A stretch of 64,000 nucleotides of DNA from Lepidodermella squamata (Eukaryota; Animalia; Gastrotricha). This document shows, piece after piece, positions 48,615 through 62,035 of the stretch. Every line of letters starts with the position of its first letter. Position 1 is the first letter of the stretch. Below the pieces are notes generated by a model. The model had not been told where the DNA came from. It saw nothing but the letters and a program-made list of their open reading frames with translations, and made no database searches. Position numbers and translations under genes: made by a program. The stretch lies in the NCBI GenBank assembly GCA_047495785.1, contig JBLDXI010000012.1:930001-994000 (forward strand), given 5' to 3'.

Positions 48615-49994
48615 ATGAAAGCCAAATCCAAAGAGAAGATGAGCAATAATGCGCAATGCTAAAGAACCTTTCTTGAGAAAAATTGTGATAACATTAGACT
48701 TGATATTGATATTCCTGTGCGATTTGCGATTTCTCTCAAGACATTAAATCCAGAGATGTTGCGTATTCAAGGTTCCATTGAGTTTTTCTATGACCCAATG
48801 TGAGAGTTCAGTTTCAGTTAATAACGATTATAATAGAGATAGCGGTACCAATGGCTTCCAAACAGGGTCAAAGTTCGCCTCCACGTCGTGCAACACTTTT
48901 TGCACCGAACGTCGATAATTTTTCCTATTCAGTCGTAAGCAACAAGTATGCAAATATTCCCAATCGCATAATTTCGCCCGAGTCCAAAAGGGGGTTGCTG
49001 GATTTTTTAGAAAAAATTAAGATCATACTTCTTGAGATCAATTTTATATTTAGATTTGCCCCAACGTCAGCCTCATCTGACGACCAATTCGCGAGGCGTG
49101 GTGACTGGCCCTGAGCGCGAGCTTGGCCACACGAGGTCGGCGACCTTCACCAGATGTACGTTCCGGTCTGGTGGCTCTTTGATTAGTGCCACTTCCGGAG
49201 GGGTCAGTCGCATTCAGAGCGGCTTTTTTAAGAATAAGAATAAGCAAAGAGTGCTTTAACTCTTCGTCAATTTGAACATTATGTATATTTTACAGATAGG
49301 CTGATGTTCCCTAGTTCTTGTAGTAATTGAAAATCGAACACTGTAGAAGTATTTCGAACTTTCTCTTTGCCCTGATTTTATCACGTACATTTTATCCGTT
49401 AACGAGAAAAACCGGGCGAATTTGTTCAGCAGTTGGTTCAGCAGTATTGCAAGTTCAAATATCTAGTTCAAATGAAAATAAGAGGTCGATACCTCAGCAC
49501 GCCGAGCTCTATTCATAATCGCGACTGCAAGACATACAAAAATGGGGAACGGCTCTCCCTGGAATTTTCCAAAACCTGGAAATATTTTGTAAATTTCCAG
49601 AAAAAACCCCTAAATTCCATGCATTTTTAGGCGTTTTTCAATACTCCTTAGCGACGATTTTTGCGCGCTTCGCCAGCAAACCATTTTTTCAAATATGCTC
49701 TTCAAAAACATAGTCATGATAAACCGCTTAAAATCTGGAAAATATCGGGATGTTCCCTTTTCTTTTTTCCATTGATTGCAAAATATATGCCTAAACAGGT
49801 TTGGTGCGGCATAGCTTAATTTCGCAGGTAATTTTGAGCTGAAAAACTGATAATGAAAGTACCAACAAAAATCCCAAGAACTGATTGTGATACTTTATTG
49901 CTGCGCAGCTTTCGCACAATCGCACAACAGAAGGCATATGGAAAAACGTATTGAGAAAAAGTCAAAACAGAAACAAAGCCAGCAGATAGTTTTA

Positions 49995-51032
<1,038 letters not shown>

Positions 51033-51403
51033 ATTTTGGATAATTAAAATGGGAAATGTGTGTCATTGTGGAACCACTGGTAAGTTGAACTGTGGCGCGC
51101 ACGCTGATTGGTCAATTTATCGTTGCTAATGACTCCGGAATGAAACAATTTAGTCGTGCGATCCACTAATAAATTATTGTATATTTATGCAAAAAATGAC
51201 CTTGCCACACCCTCTGCACGGTTTCCATTGACCACGAGCGTAAACTCCATATTAATGGTGGTAAATTGCTGCGGCAAAAAACACTTGTGGCAAAAAATCT
51301 TATGGATCGCACGACCAACATGTTTCATCCGGGAGTCATAGCAACGATCGATTGACCAATCAGCGTGCGCATTCGATTGGACTTTTAAGTGGTCACACAA
51401 TGT

Positions 51404-51650
51404 CAAGTGATGTTAAGTACCGGATGCTGAACTTCTGACTCCTCCATAATAATTTTCTCGCGCCATCGAACCATTTTTTGCAAATGCTAAAAATAGTAAC
51501 AAAATCTTCGATATATAGTGATTTGCTGTAAAGCTAAAGCTAAAAATAGAACATGTTACTATTTTTAGCATTGCAAAAAGTGGTTCGACGGCGCGAGAAA
51601 ATTATTATGGAGGAGTCAGAAGTTCAGCATCCGGTACTTAACATCTCTCG
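51404..51650. mobile_element. hAT-like palindromic MITE, duplicate copy
   Basis: Same arms and 8-bp TSD as 39224-39470. Confidence 0.85.
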
Positions 51651-51912
51651 CACAATGTATGTCAAAACACTTTGTGTTGAGTGTTAAGTGTTGAGTTCCG
51701 ATGAGCCTTGCCATTACCTTTACATCATTAAGCGAATCATAAGGCGACAACAGGTGCTGATGTCGCATGGCTTTTGTATACTCTCATGCCCAATCCGCGC
51801 GATAATTAAACTTAATTAGCAACACCATGGGCGTCAGCTTTTTATTCATCAGCGGCTTGGAGGTATGGGAAAACAATTTCCATTTTCTATGGAAGCGGCT
51901 CTGCTTTCACAT

Positions 51913-52011
51913 CTTCCGAATATTGGTCGACGGTTCAGACGTCCGCCGCTGCAACTGGTGACTAACTTAGCCTTCACCGCGGCGGCCCGGGTTCGATTCC
52001 CGGTCGGAGAA
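51913..52011 (+). pseudogene. tRNA-Glu-like pseudogene, duplicate copy
   Basis: Same as 39740-39838. Confidence 0.55.
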
Positions 52012-55000
52012 TATTCTTTTCCGAGGGTAACTACATCTTAGTCTGGAGTTAAACGGCGAGCGTCGCAAAAAACCACACTCACTCAGTTTTTTGCGAATGT
52101 CGCTCAGCCACCATTTTCTTATTGACAAGCATTAATGTCTTTCGTTCCATGTTTCAAAACTGGCAGGGCTAAATTTTGCCACATTCGGGACGCCTACAAC
52201 GCAAAAGCCGAGTGCTGTGTTGTGCCACGCTTCGCCCAAGACAGTAAAGACATCGTCGGTGTAGACTTGAATCATGATGCATAGTCGGTACCAGACACCG
52301 AGAGAAGGTTGGCAGTATACAACGTGTATAAAAGCGGAACCCTGTGGTTTACAGTGATGAAGGAGCCGGCGACAAGAGGCTGATGGAGTCGGCCAGCCGA
52401 CGGTGTTAGCGGTGGGCAAGCTTGTGCATTAAAACAGCACGCCATAGGCAGAATCGTGAAGACTACGTTACAATCTCACTAAAAATCGTTAGACTTTTTT
52501 GGCTGATATGCCGCTCACCCAAACTTTACTTCATTCACTTCAGTAAAAAGTATGTTCAAATTTAGAGGGCTGTGATCGAAAAATAAAGTATTATAAATTT
52601 ATAGTGCGATTTATATTTTTTATATTGCACATAAACTTGATGATTTATCGACGCTTTTATATCAACGCCTGTCTTAATCGACATCATCCAAACAATTGTT
52701 TTTATTTTCAAATATAGAATTGTCCCCAGAAATATAGGTCGAGTAGCTTTGACAATTCGATATTTTACGGTATAACATTCGTAAATCGTTCATATCTGAA
52801 CTCGCCGCACGCGGCTCCGTACAGATATAAACGTTTTACTCATGTCATACCATACAAATATAACACTGTGTCTATATTTTTAACCTTGAAACACAAATCT
52901 ATATTTTTTCATACTTCAAATATAGATTTGAATATGAACTATATTTCTGATCTATGTCTGAAATATAGATTCAGGTCTATCTATATTTTTGACCTGGAAA
53001 ATCTATATTTTGAATATAGATGCCCATTTCCAAGGCCAATACTTCCGAGGTCTTGAAACAGCTAATTCTAACGGAAAAACACAGGGATATAGTTTTCGCT
53101 ACGCAATTTATTATGAAAGAAAATGGAGAAATTCGATTTTGAGAATAATTTAGACGGGGACAGCTTGGCAGTCGGGCTGCAAAAATTGGCCGTAGGAACC
53201 AGAATTTCTCAGAAAACTCCGGAAAATCGGGCAGCATTTCGTCCCCGCTGTGCATGAATTCGCAGCGATTCGTGGGTCGGATCGCGCAGAAGCAAGTCGT
53301 CTCCTTAGATCGATAGAACGCGCCGGGAACACTGAGCAGAAAATCCAGAAAATCGGACAGCATTTTGACCCCAATTCGCAGAAATCACCACCTTGAAACT
53401 TGATTGAACTTGGAACACTCTGCCGCAGCGACAGTTCCGATTCGATCACGTTGAAAACATCGACGTACCAAACACCGTTGCGACGCGCTTATCCGAAACT
53501 GAGCAATTTTCAACCACCAGAGATGAAGTTCCGACGGACTGCTTGACCTTCTTTCATCGCCACCAAACGTGTCGTTCAAATCGAACCAGTTTCTTCGGAT
53601 TGTAAAGGCGCGTGGTTTTCGCGAACGTTGATTTCGAATTTCGAAGGAACCAGGTTTCAGGGTTGATGGTTTATCGAACAATTCGGCTTCAATTGCGGCA
53701 GCTTTGCCAATCGGAGCAGAATTCTGGGAGCATTTGTTCGTGAAATTCGAGCAGAATTCCGGTCGGACAGAAAATCGACTCTCAAAACGAGACGAAATTC
53801 GAACGAATGAGAAAAATGAGCGAGAATGAATAGAAAGCCATTTTTCAATGAAATTTTAATTTGGATTTTTTATTATTTTTTATTTTGCGTTGCGAAAAAT
53901 ATAGACACCGTGTAATATTTTACGATACAACATTCGTAGAAACCTATATTTTCGTGAAGCACTCGTATAGATCTCGTAAAACTCATTCACCTCGTGAAAT
54001 CTCGTCTCCACTCGCCTGCCGGCTCGTTCCGCCTCGATTTCACTCGTTTCATTCGTTTTACTCGATCTATATTTCGTGCTTCACTCAAATATAGATTCCT
54101 ACTCATGTTATATCATACAAATATATCCCTTATCGTGTCAGATATACATGGTATTGCAATATTACCTGACATGCGCGACCCAACGAAACCTAGCACTAGG
54201 TTTGTACGGCAATAAGTGATCGCCAATCAATCTAAAATAGAGCATTATCTTTAATATTTGAATCTCAATTATCCCCATCTCGGATTTCCCCGGCAAAAAT
54301 CCTGGGTAAAGTATAGACCAAGGGCTGTCGTTCCATATAATTCAACGAGACGGGAACTTTGCCATGTCGGATGTAAAAAATCGTGGAAAAAGTGCGTTAT
54401 CACTAAAAACAAGTCTAAAAACAAACAATCACTAAAAATTTCATCGAAATCCGAGATGGAGCTGATTGAGATTTAATTAATTAAAGATAGTGCTCCATTA
54501 GATTGATTGATGCTCACTTTTTGCCGTACACACATTATTACCCTCATCTAGTGATTTCTTTGGGCACGCGACCCAAAAAGAAAAAAATCGTGATGAGTCA
54601 TCTCGGCACACATAAATGTACTAGCGTGTCCATAGAGCTGTCCATAGAGCTAGTTTAAAACTAGCGTGTCAGATCTACAGTATTTATTTATCTATGGTGT
54701 GCGTACGCCATTGTGTTGCTGCTAATAATTTATTCATACTATACATAGGTAAATTGTATGGCCATGAAAAACGCCGTGTATATTCATGCTAAAAATGTCC
54801 GAATATAATACAGACTCCTGAAAAAATTGTCCGGATTTGGTTTGAAAAACAACCCCATGAGACTATTAAAAGGACTGAAACTATCAAAAAGAACACAGTT
54901 TCGTTCTTGATTCCTAATTGCTATATCCATAAAACATAACCGGGTTAAATTGCCAACCTGGTTATTGAATTGCGTTTTATATCGACCTGCGAAGTAAGAG

Positions 55001-55067
55001 AATTTGAGCAGCTCCAGTAAAACCTGTTTTACAAATTTTGACGAAATTGAAATCTGCAGGCCTCTAT

Positions 55068-56883
55068 ATGTTCTTGTTACTAGCCAGTGGTGTAGTGGTT
55101 TTCATTCTTTTTGGATGGAAACGCTACATTTTAGACCGCAGATATCGCCTACCACCCGGGCCGTTGCCTCTTCCATACATCGGCAGCTTGTATCAGATGG
55201 CTTTGCACGGAGCCAAGTCAAAATTATGGCAAAAGATCGCTTCATTAGGAGAGAAATACGGACCAATCTACACCTTCTATTTCGGGCCGATTCGCATGGT
55301 TGCCCTGAACGATGCCGAGATGATACAACAAGTCCTTGTCCTCCAGGGAAAGACGTTTCAAGGGCGCTATGAGCCATTCATTCCCGGGGCAAAGAAATTG
55401 TTCAAGGGCATAGTCTTTTCGAATAATGACAGATGGCGGAAGCATCGCAGATTCGGTCTCAAAGCTATGCGAGATTTTGGTAATTTATTTTTGTAACTCA
55501 AGTCACCTTCTCTTCTCGTCTTCTCCCATTCGTAGTCCTATTGTTTTCTTTTATATCCCGATTGTTATTTATATATAAATATTTTTTCTTATACCAGAAG
55601 TTTATCACCACTTGCTATCTTGATAAAAGTTGGATAGAAGTTATAAGAAGGGATATAGGTCTTAACGTTTTTAATTCTCAGTTCCTTTTCCTATTCCCAA
55701 GATTATCCATTTAATATCAGTTTCGCAACTCCTTATTGTGACTCTAACTTCGGCTATTTGTTTCATCCAATAAGGAATGGGTAAGGATATCATGGTTGCG
55801 AAAATCCAGGAAGAGGCGAGATTCCTTCTAGAGGACTTCGAGATCGCAGCAAAGGCAGAAGAGGGGTTGGATCCTGCAATGATCAATTTCTATGCAGTAT
55901 CGAATGTCATTTGCTCGCTCGTATTCGGAAAGCGGTTCGACAGAGACAACAAAACTTACCAGAAATTGATATCACTGATTAAAAAATTGACAAGTCAAAC
56001 TCTGGCTGAGCAAGGTGCATTTCTACTCATTCCTTACCTGGAAGAAGTAGCGGATTCGAGTCAAACAAAAAACTCGCTTATTTTTATGGCACTTCTTGAC
56101 AACGTTATTCGCGAAGCTGTCGAAGAACATCGGCTAGACTACAACCCTGAAAATATCCGCGATTTTCCGGATCTGTTCATCGAAGCGGAGAAGCAAGGCG
56201 AGCCGTTCTCGTACAAAGACTACAGAGAAATCTTGGGCGACATGTTAGTCGCTGGAACTGACACGACATCTGTAGCCCTGACTTGGACGCTGTTCCATCT
56301 ATCGAAATATCCCGAGGTCCAGAGGAAATGCCAGGATGCTATTGATAAAGCGATTGAATCAGACCGTCTGCCAACTCTGAGTGATCGCGCTAATATGGCC
56401 TACGTCGATGCTGTCATGTGCGAAGCGTTGCGATACGCGTCTTTGGCGCCCACGGCTCTTTTTCATACGAATTTGGATGAACCAGCGAAAGTTGCAGGTA
56501 TGTTATAGAAATGGCTTAATATCTTTTGTTACTCATTTTTTCCAGGCTTCGACATACCTCCTTATACCATGGTTATGTATAACATAGCTGCAGTTCACCA
56601 TAACAGAAACTACTGGAAGGATCCGGAAGTGTTCAGACCCGAGCGATTTCTGGATTCCAACGGGAAATTACTGAGCCATCCCAGCCATTTCTTCCCATTT
56701 GGCCTGGGTCCTCGCATTTGCTTGGGCGAAGGACTTGCTCGAGTTGAGTACTTCATCTTCCTGACAGCTGTTCTGCATCGTTACTCGTTCGAACTGATAT
56801 CGAAGGAAGTCGAGGCCTGCGATGGGCCCGATGGTCTCGTTCTTCAGCCTCCAAAATTCAAGCTGAGAGTCAGCAGTCGCTGA
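55068..56883 (+). CDS. Cytochrome P450 clan 2, copy 3 (protein identical to copy 2)
   Basis: ORF translations are identical to those of 42948-44763. Confidence 0.92.
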
Positions 56884-57317
56884 AATTGCAATTGGATAAA
56901 TTTTTCAGTGCGATCAGGACTTTCTTTTTATTTTTAAAAACAGAAAAACAGTAAAATGTTGCGGAGAGCTATTCATTTCCAAAACGACCAACTCGATAGT
57001 TCCCATGCAACGTGAAAATCTTTAGATAATTCAGAATAAGTGCCTCGTTTCAATTCTGCCGTGATTTGACCGAATATCATTCGTTGGAGCTAATCAATTT
57101 TCACGGCGAATTTCGTCAATTAGTTGAATGATCTGTTCTCAAAAAGAAACCAATATCCAAACTAATCAATGCACTTCTGTCATTAGTGATCAATCGAATG
57201 CGCCTCAGAAAATGATAGGGTGTTGTATAAAAGCTTGGACAGATTTCGACCAAAGGCATCATTGACAATCCTCTGAAATTAAAGATTCATCTTTTCCGTC
57301 AAATTCAACATATCAGA

Positions 57318-57907
57318 ATGCGCGCTCTCCTAGTTTTGGCTGCTGTCGCCCTCATGTGCCTTGGTAAAAATCAGAATCATGCCATCATTACCCATTGCAT
57401 TTATGTTCAATTTCAATTTCAGCTTTCACCAGCGTCGAGGCTGGCCGTGGTAACAAGGGCAAAAGTGTCTCGAAGAGCGTCTCGATCAGCGTGTCCTACA
57501 ACCGGCAGCCGAAGAAGCACGCGATGAAGAAGCGCCCGGCCAAGAAGGCCTTCGTCGCTGGGCGCAAGCACCGCCGTGCCTCGTTCTCCAAGTCTGTGTC
57601 CGCGTCGGTGTCGGCCCGCACGAACAAGCACACCCGCAAGGTCTCCACCAAGAAGTTCATGCGCGTGCACAAGCGCGGATCCATGTCCGGCTCGTTCTCG
57701 CGGTCGGGCTCCTTCGGCGGCTACAACAAGAAGCATGGCAACAAGCGCCACGGTGGCAAGAAGTTCGGAGGCAAGAAGTTTGGCGGCAAGAAGCACGGTG
57801 GCAAGCACGGCAAGGGTCGCAAGGGCAGCAAGAGCGGCAGCTACTCGGCCTCCAACAACTTCTCGTACTCGGTCGCCGTCGAAACCGGTGCTGCTCCCAG
57901 CAAATAA
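57318..57907 (+). CDS. Secreted basic (Ser-X)n protein, copy 5; exons 57318-57363 and 57423-57907
   Basis: The 5' half matches copy 4. The 3' flank resembles copies 1 and 3 and leads into U6. Confidence 0.88.
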
Positions 57908-58172
57908 ATGATTTCAATGAAAAACGTTGCTTCAAAAATGATAATTTATTCCATAATCTGAAATCTGTAGAATAAAATACAGAAATATCTATATATTCCA
58001 GTATATCCTAATATTGCAATTGATTTGGAGGATGAAGGGAGCCTATTTCAGGCAATAAATTTGCCATGCGCCATCATTCAGCTAATTCCATTTGGAATAT
58101 GCAAATGTCACATGTCGAAATTGCATTCCGATGCTTTCTCGGTATTTAAGGTGGGTCAGTTGTCGTCTGAAT

Positions 58173-58189
58173 GTCAATCTTCGGATTGG

Positions 58190-58228
<39 letters not shown>

Positions 58229-58278
58229 GGCCCCTGCGCAAGGATGACACGCAAAATCGTGAAGCGTTCCATATTTTT
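58173..58278 (+). ncRNA. U6: U6 snRNA, copy 3
   Basis: Canonical sequence with the upstream element at 58096-58108. Confidence 0.98.
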
Positions 58279-58826
58279 CGAAAATCACCATCAAATGTCC
58301 CAAATACCCACAAAGTGAGACTCAATTTTTCGGTATATAAAATGTGAAAATATTTACCATATGCGGCTCATAAATCAGTGATTGTACCTGTCTGAGATGA
58401 GGGGCATAAGCATTTTCCGCGCTTGTTCGCTCTTGAGATAAACAACTTGTAAAAGGCGCGCATTTGACATCTCATCTCGCAATAATAAATATACCAATGT
58501 CATTATTTTTGCGACAATACTCGATGGAGAGGCGCGACGCTGTCTCCTACAAAGCGAAACATACCTATGCTGTACATATGCGCATTCATGTTTGCCTACT
58601 GCCCAGCCGAACAACAAAACGGTGCGCAGGTACAAAGAACACACAAATCGGTGCGCGTGTCGCGCCTATCACGGATCGCCGATAACGGAACAAAACACGA
58701 CAGTCGCGTCGCCCCTTCCGAAATGCTATTCGGCGTAAAGCTTCATGTACACAAAACTTCCGCTGCGAAATCATTACACAACACCGCTTGTTAATATACT
58801 ATATTCTCGACTGTTAACCCCCAAAA

Positions 58827-61322
58827 ATGTCGCCAATTTTTTGGAGGTTACTCGCATTCAATTGTTTTTTATCCCCGAATTTACTACTTGCCTGCCTTAC
58901 TGTAACCCGCCGCCCGTCTTCAATGATGTTGATGTCTGACCCTCGGCCTCGAATGCTCGATGATCAATTAATGTGGAATAACTACGGTGGCGGGTTGAGC
59001 TCCAGTTATTTCCCGTCACCTCTCGCCGGCCAGCATGGCATGCCGCCAATGCCACCCCCGCCGCAAATGAACCGTGTCGGCCAGGGTTATATTACCGCAC
59101 CCATCGTCGTACCAACACCTATTGACCTCGACCTACCACCGGGTGTCTATAAAATCACAAACGCGAAAATGGCGCCTGAGGGTAAATTTCCGCCTCAAAA
59201 TAACAGAATCAGCCCGATGGTTAACCCGGTCGCCCCTGTTTACCCGGTAACAAAGCGGCCGATTTTTCAACCGATGATTCCGGCGTATGGTTCGAATCCC
59301 GGCCTTGAAATATATGAAGGCCACAGATTGGCGACGTTGAAAACTTTAGACCCAGCTATTCTCGAGCCGGGCCATGTTTATCGCGGGCATATAGCTGCGA
59401 CGCGGAAAATTTTAGTCGCGGTGACAAGGTTACCTCACCGGCATCATCCGACTACGACTAATGCACCCTCAGACTGGTGGACTACTCGATTCGGGAGTAA
59501 CAAGCGCGCCATGCCTGAGGCAACGATGGAAGATACTGAATTCGTTTCTTATCAAAAGATTGACTTGACCGAAGTTGCGACTACAACAACGACGACAACA
59601 ACAACTGCGCCTACAACTACAACTACTACGACTGAAGCGACTACAACCACCCCTTTCCCAATTGAAAGACCGCCTCTAGGTTCATGCGGTTACACCCGTT
59701 ACACAGCACCAGGGGCGCCTCTTATCGCTCAACCTGGTAATATGGTCCCAACAGCGATTGGAGACAATGTTAGCGCGCGTCGAAATGACTTCCCATGGCA
59801 AGTTTGGATCTCACTTCAACACCAACAAATGACGTTATTCGGATCAGCGGCGGTTATCAATGACTTGTGGCTGTTATCATCGGCTAGTTTCGTCCGATTG
59901 GCAAACGATTTTACCGACGCTATTGTGCCACTTTTTGGGGTCGATGATGCGGAACATGTTTCGTTTTCGAGATCTGACGGTGTTTTCAGTGTACCGGTCG
60001 CGGGTGTTGAGCTTCACCCAACGCTTGATTTTGCGCTGATTCGACTCGTCGCTCCGCTTAATTTGTCGTCGATTGATTCATGGCATCGCGTTCAGCCCAT
60101 CTGCCTACCGGCGCCTTGTGGCTCTGTTCGTCAGGATGATGTTTGCCAAACAGCGGGCCAAACTGCGTGGATTGCGGGTTGGCATTACAACCTCCAAGAC
60201 GGCGGTTCTTTGCGGAAAACTAAAGCGGCGATTACTGATAATCAGAAATGCGAAAATGGCTTGGGGAAGGAATGGGCGCCCCAGGACAAAATCTGCACCG
60301 AAGGAGCTGATGTCTGCAAAGTATGTAACTGAAACTCATGTGCCGAAATTATTTAGCTTAATCGATCTAGCGCGATTTTCGCTTCAGAATATATTTACCT
60401 AGTAAAAATGAAAAAAGGTTAGGTCCCATCGAGATTTGAACTCGAGTCGCTGGATTCAGAGTCCAGAGTGCTAACCGCTACACCATGGGACCTTGCATGA
60501 TCACTAGAACCGTGAACTGTCTACGAGGAGCCATGTGGCTCTGTTTAAGCTTGTTGAAAAAAGAAATCGCTGCCAGTAGGATTTGAACCTACGCGCGGAG
60601 ACCGCATCTGATTTCAAGTCAGACCCCTTAACCACTCGGGCATAGCAGCTTCGATGAATACGAGCCATAATATTTTGTCCAAGAACTACGCTCATATCTA
60701 AGAATAACCATGCAAAATTCCCGGCTTTCGAATACTTTTGTCAGCTAATCGAACTGATGGTTGGCCAAGTACCCACAATTACGCAGAAATTGTAGATTCG
60801 ACTTCTATTCATAGATGGACGTTTACTTTTCACCCTCTTGAATCCTAAACACCCTATGCGTTTAAATTGCAGTCGAGGCTAGTAAATTTTCCAAGAACTA
60901 AAGTGTAGAGATATTCATAATTTTCGGGTCCTGTACCCTGAAAATGATGGACTTCTGTTAGCGAATGGAATACTATTTTAACATTTGCGATAAGTCTATA
61001 TTATTTTGTTTCCAAATTAAGATATTTTCATTGAATTATATGGGCTTGAACCAAGCGTTTTCTTTTCCGCTAATAATATTCAATTTTTGTTGTCCTTCAG
61101 TTTGGATATTCCGGCCAGCTTATTGCGCGTTTCCCGACCGGAAATTCTCCGAAATTCGCCCTCTGCGGCCTGGCAACAGTTCAAGACTGCCGGACGGAAA
61201 CTTCAACGCGGCTCGGTGTTTTCTCCCGCGTTTGCACGGCGCTAGACTGGATCTACGAGAAAACCGGCACAACAACTCCCACGGTCACCGACGATGAAAT
61301 TTTGAAGAAACATCGACTTTGA
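58827..61322 (+). CDS. Secreted serine protease homologue (non-catalytic) with Pro-rich and Thr-rich N-terminus; exons 58827-60320 and 61101-61322
   Basis: DFPWQV, SSASFV (no His), DFALI, QPICLP. The spliced last exon reads VCK|FGYSGQL...GVFSRVCTALDWI (no GDSGG). Confidence 0.85.
60421..60492 (-). tRNA. tRNA-Gln(CTG)
   Basis: GGTCCCATGGTGTAGCGGTTAGCACTCTGGACTCTGAATCCAG...; 72-nt cloverleaf with a T-run terminator. Confidence 0.96.
60568..60649 (-). tRNA. tRNA-Ser(TGA)
   Basis: 82-nt cloverleaf with a long variable arm, anticodon loop CT-TGA-AA and discriminator G. Confidence 0.95.
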
Positions 61323-61523
61323 AAATTCCACGTTTTATTCTCTCTGTGTTAACGAGTTTTGGCATCAAACAAACGTGTAAATAATTGTAAAAAAAATTAT
61401 ATAATCACTAAATATCATGAGCATTTTGCCCGTCGCAATCAATTGTAAATAATATAGTTATTGTTACTCTAAAATCACAGATGCATTTTTTTGGCAAAAT
61501 AAAAGTAGAGCAAATTGGCTGAG

Positions 61524-61996
61524 TTACTTCTTCTTCGGTTTCTGAGCATTTAAAGCTGGTTTAACGGGTGGCTGCTTCGAGCCTTGGCTAGTTTTCCCCG
61601 TTAGGTACTCAATCGCCGGCTTGCGGTAGCGAGACGTGTTGTAGACAGCCGGGCCGGTTGTGTTGAAACGCGACGCTGCTGCCCCGTCGCCTACGACAAC
61701 AGGCTGCATCGCCGACATTTTGCTCGAAGCGCGGTTTGTCGTCGAAGTTGACGCGCTGCCCATGCCACTGCGTTCTGTAGCGACACCTGGCAGAGCTAAT
61801 GACCGTTCATCTTCGCCAGCTCGATTGCCGTCGGTGATGGATCGCTGGGTGGCGGGTGCGGAGGTCAGCTCGTCTTCACCAACAATAACGGCTTCGGAGA
61901 TGATTGCTGATAAAAAAAATTGGGAAGAATTTTAGAAACGAGGTCGAAAAATATGGAACGCTTCACGATTTTGCGTGTCATCCTTGCGCAGGGGCC

Positions 61997-62035
<39 letters not shown>

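Noticed and set aside
60568-60649. tRNA with 'TGA' as a stop suppressor or tRNA-Sec
   Set aside because: Anticodon TGA reads TCA (Ser). A UGA reader would have anticodon TCA.
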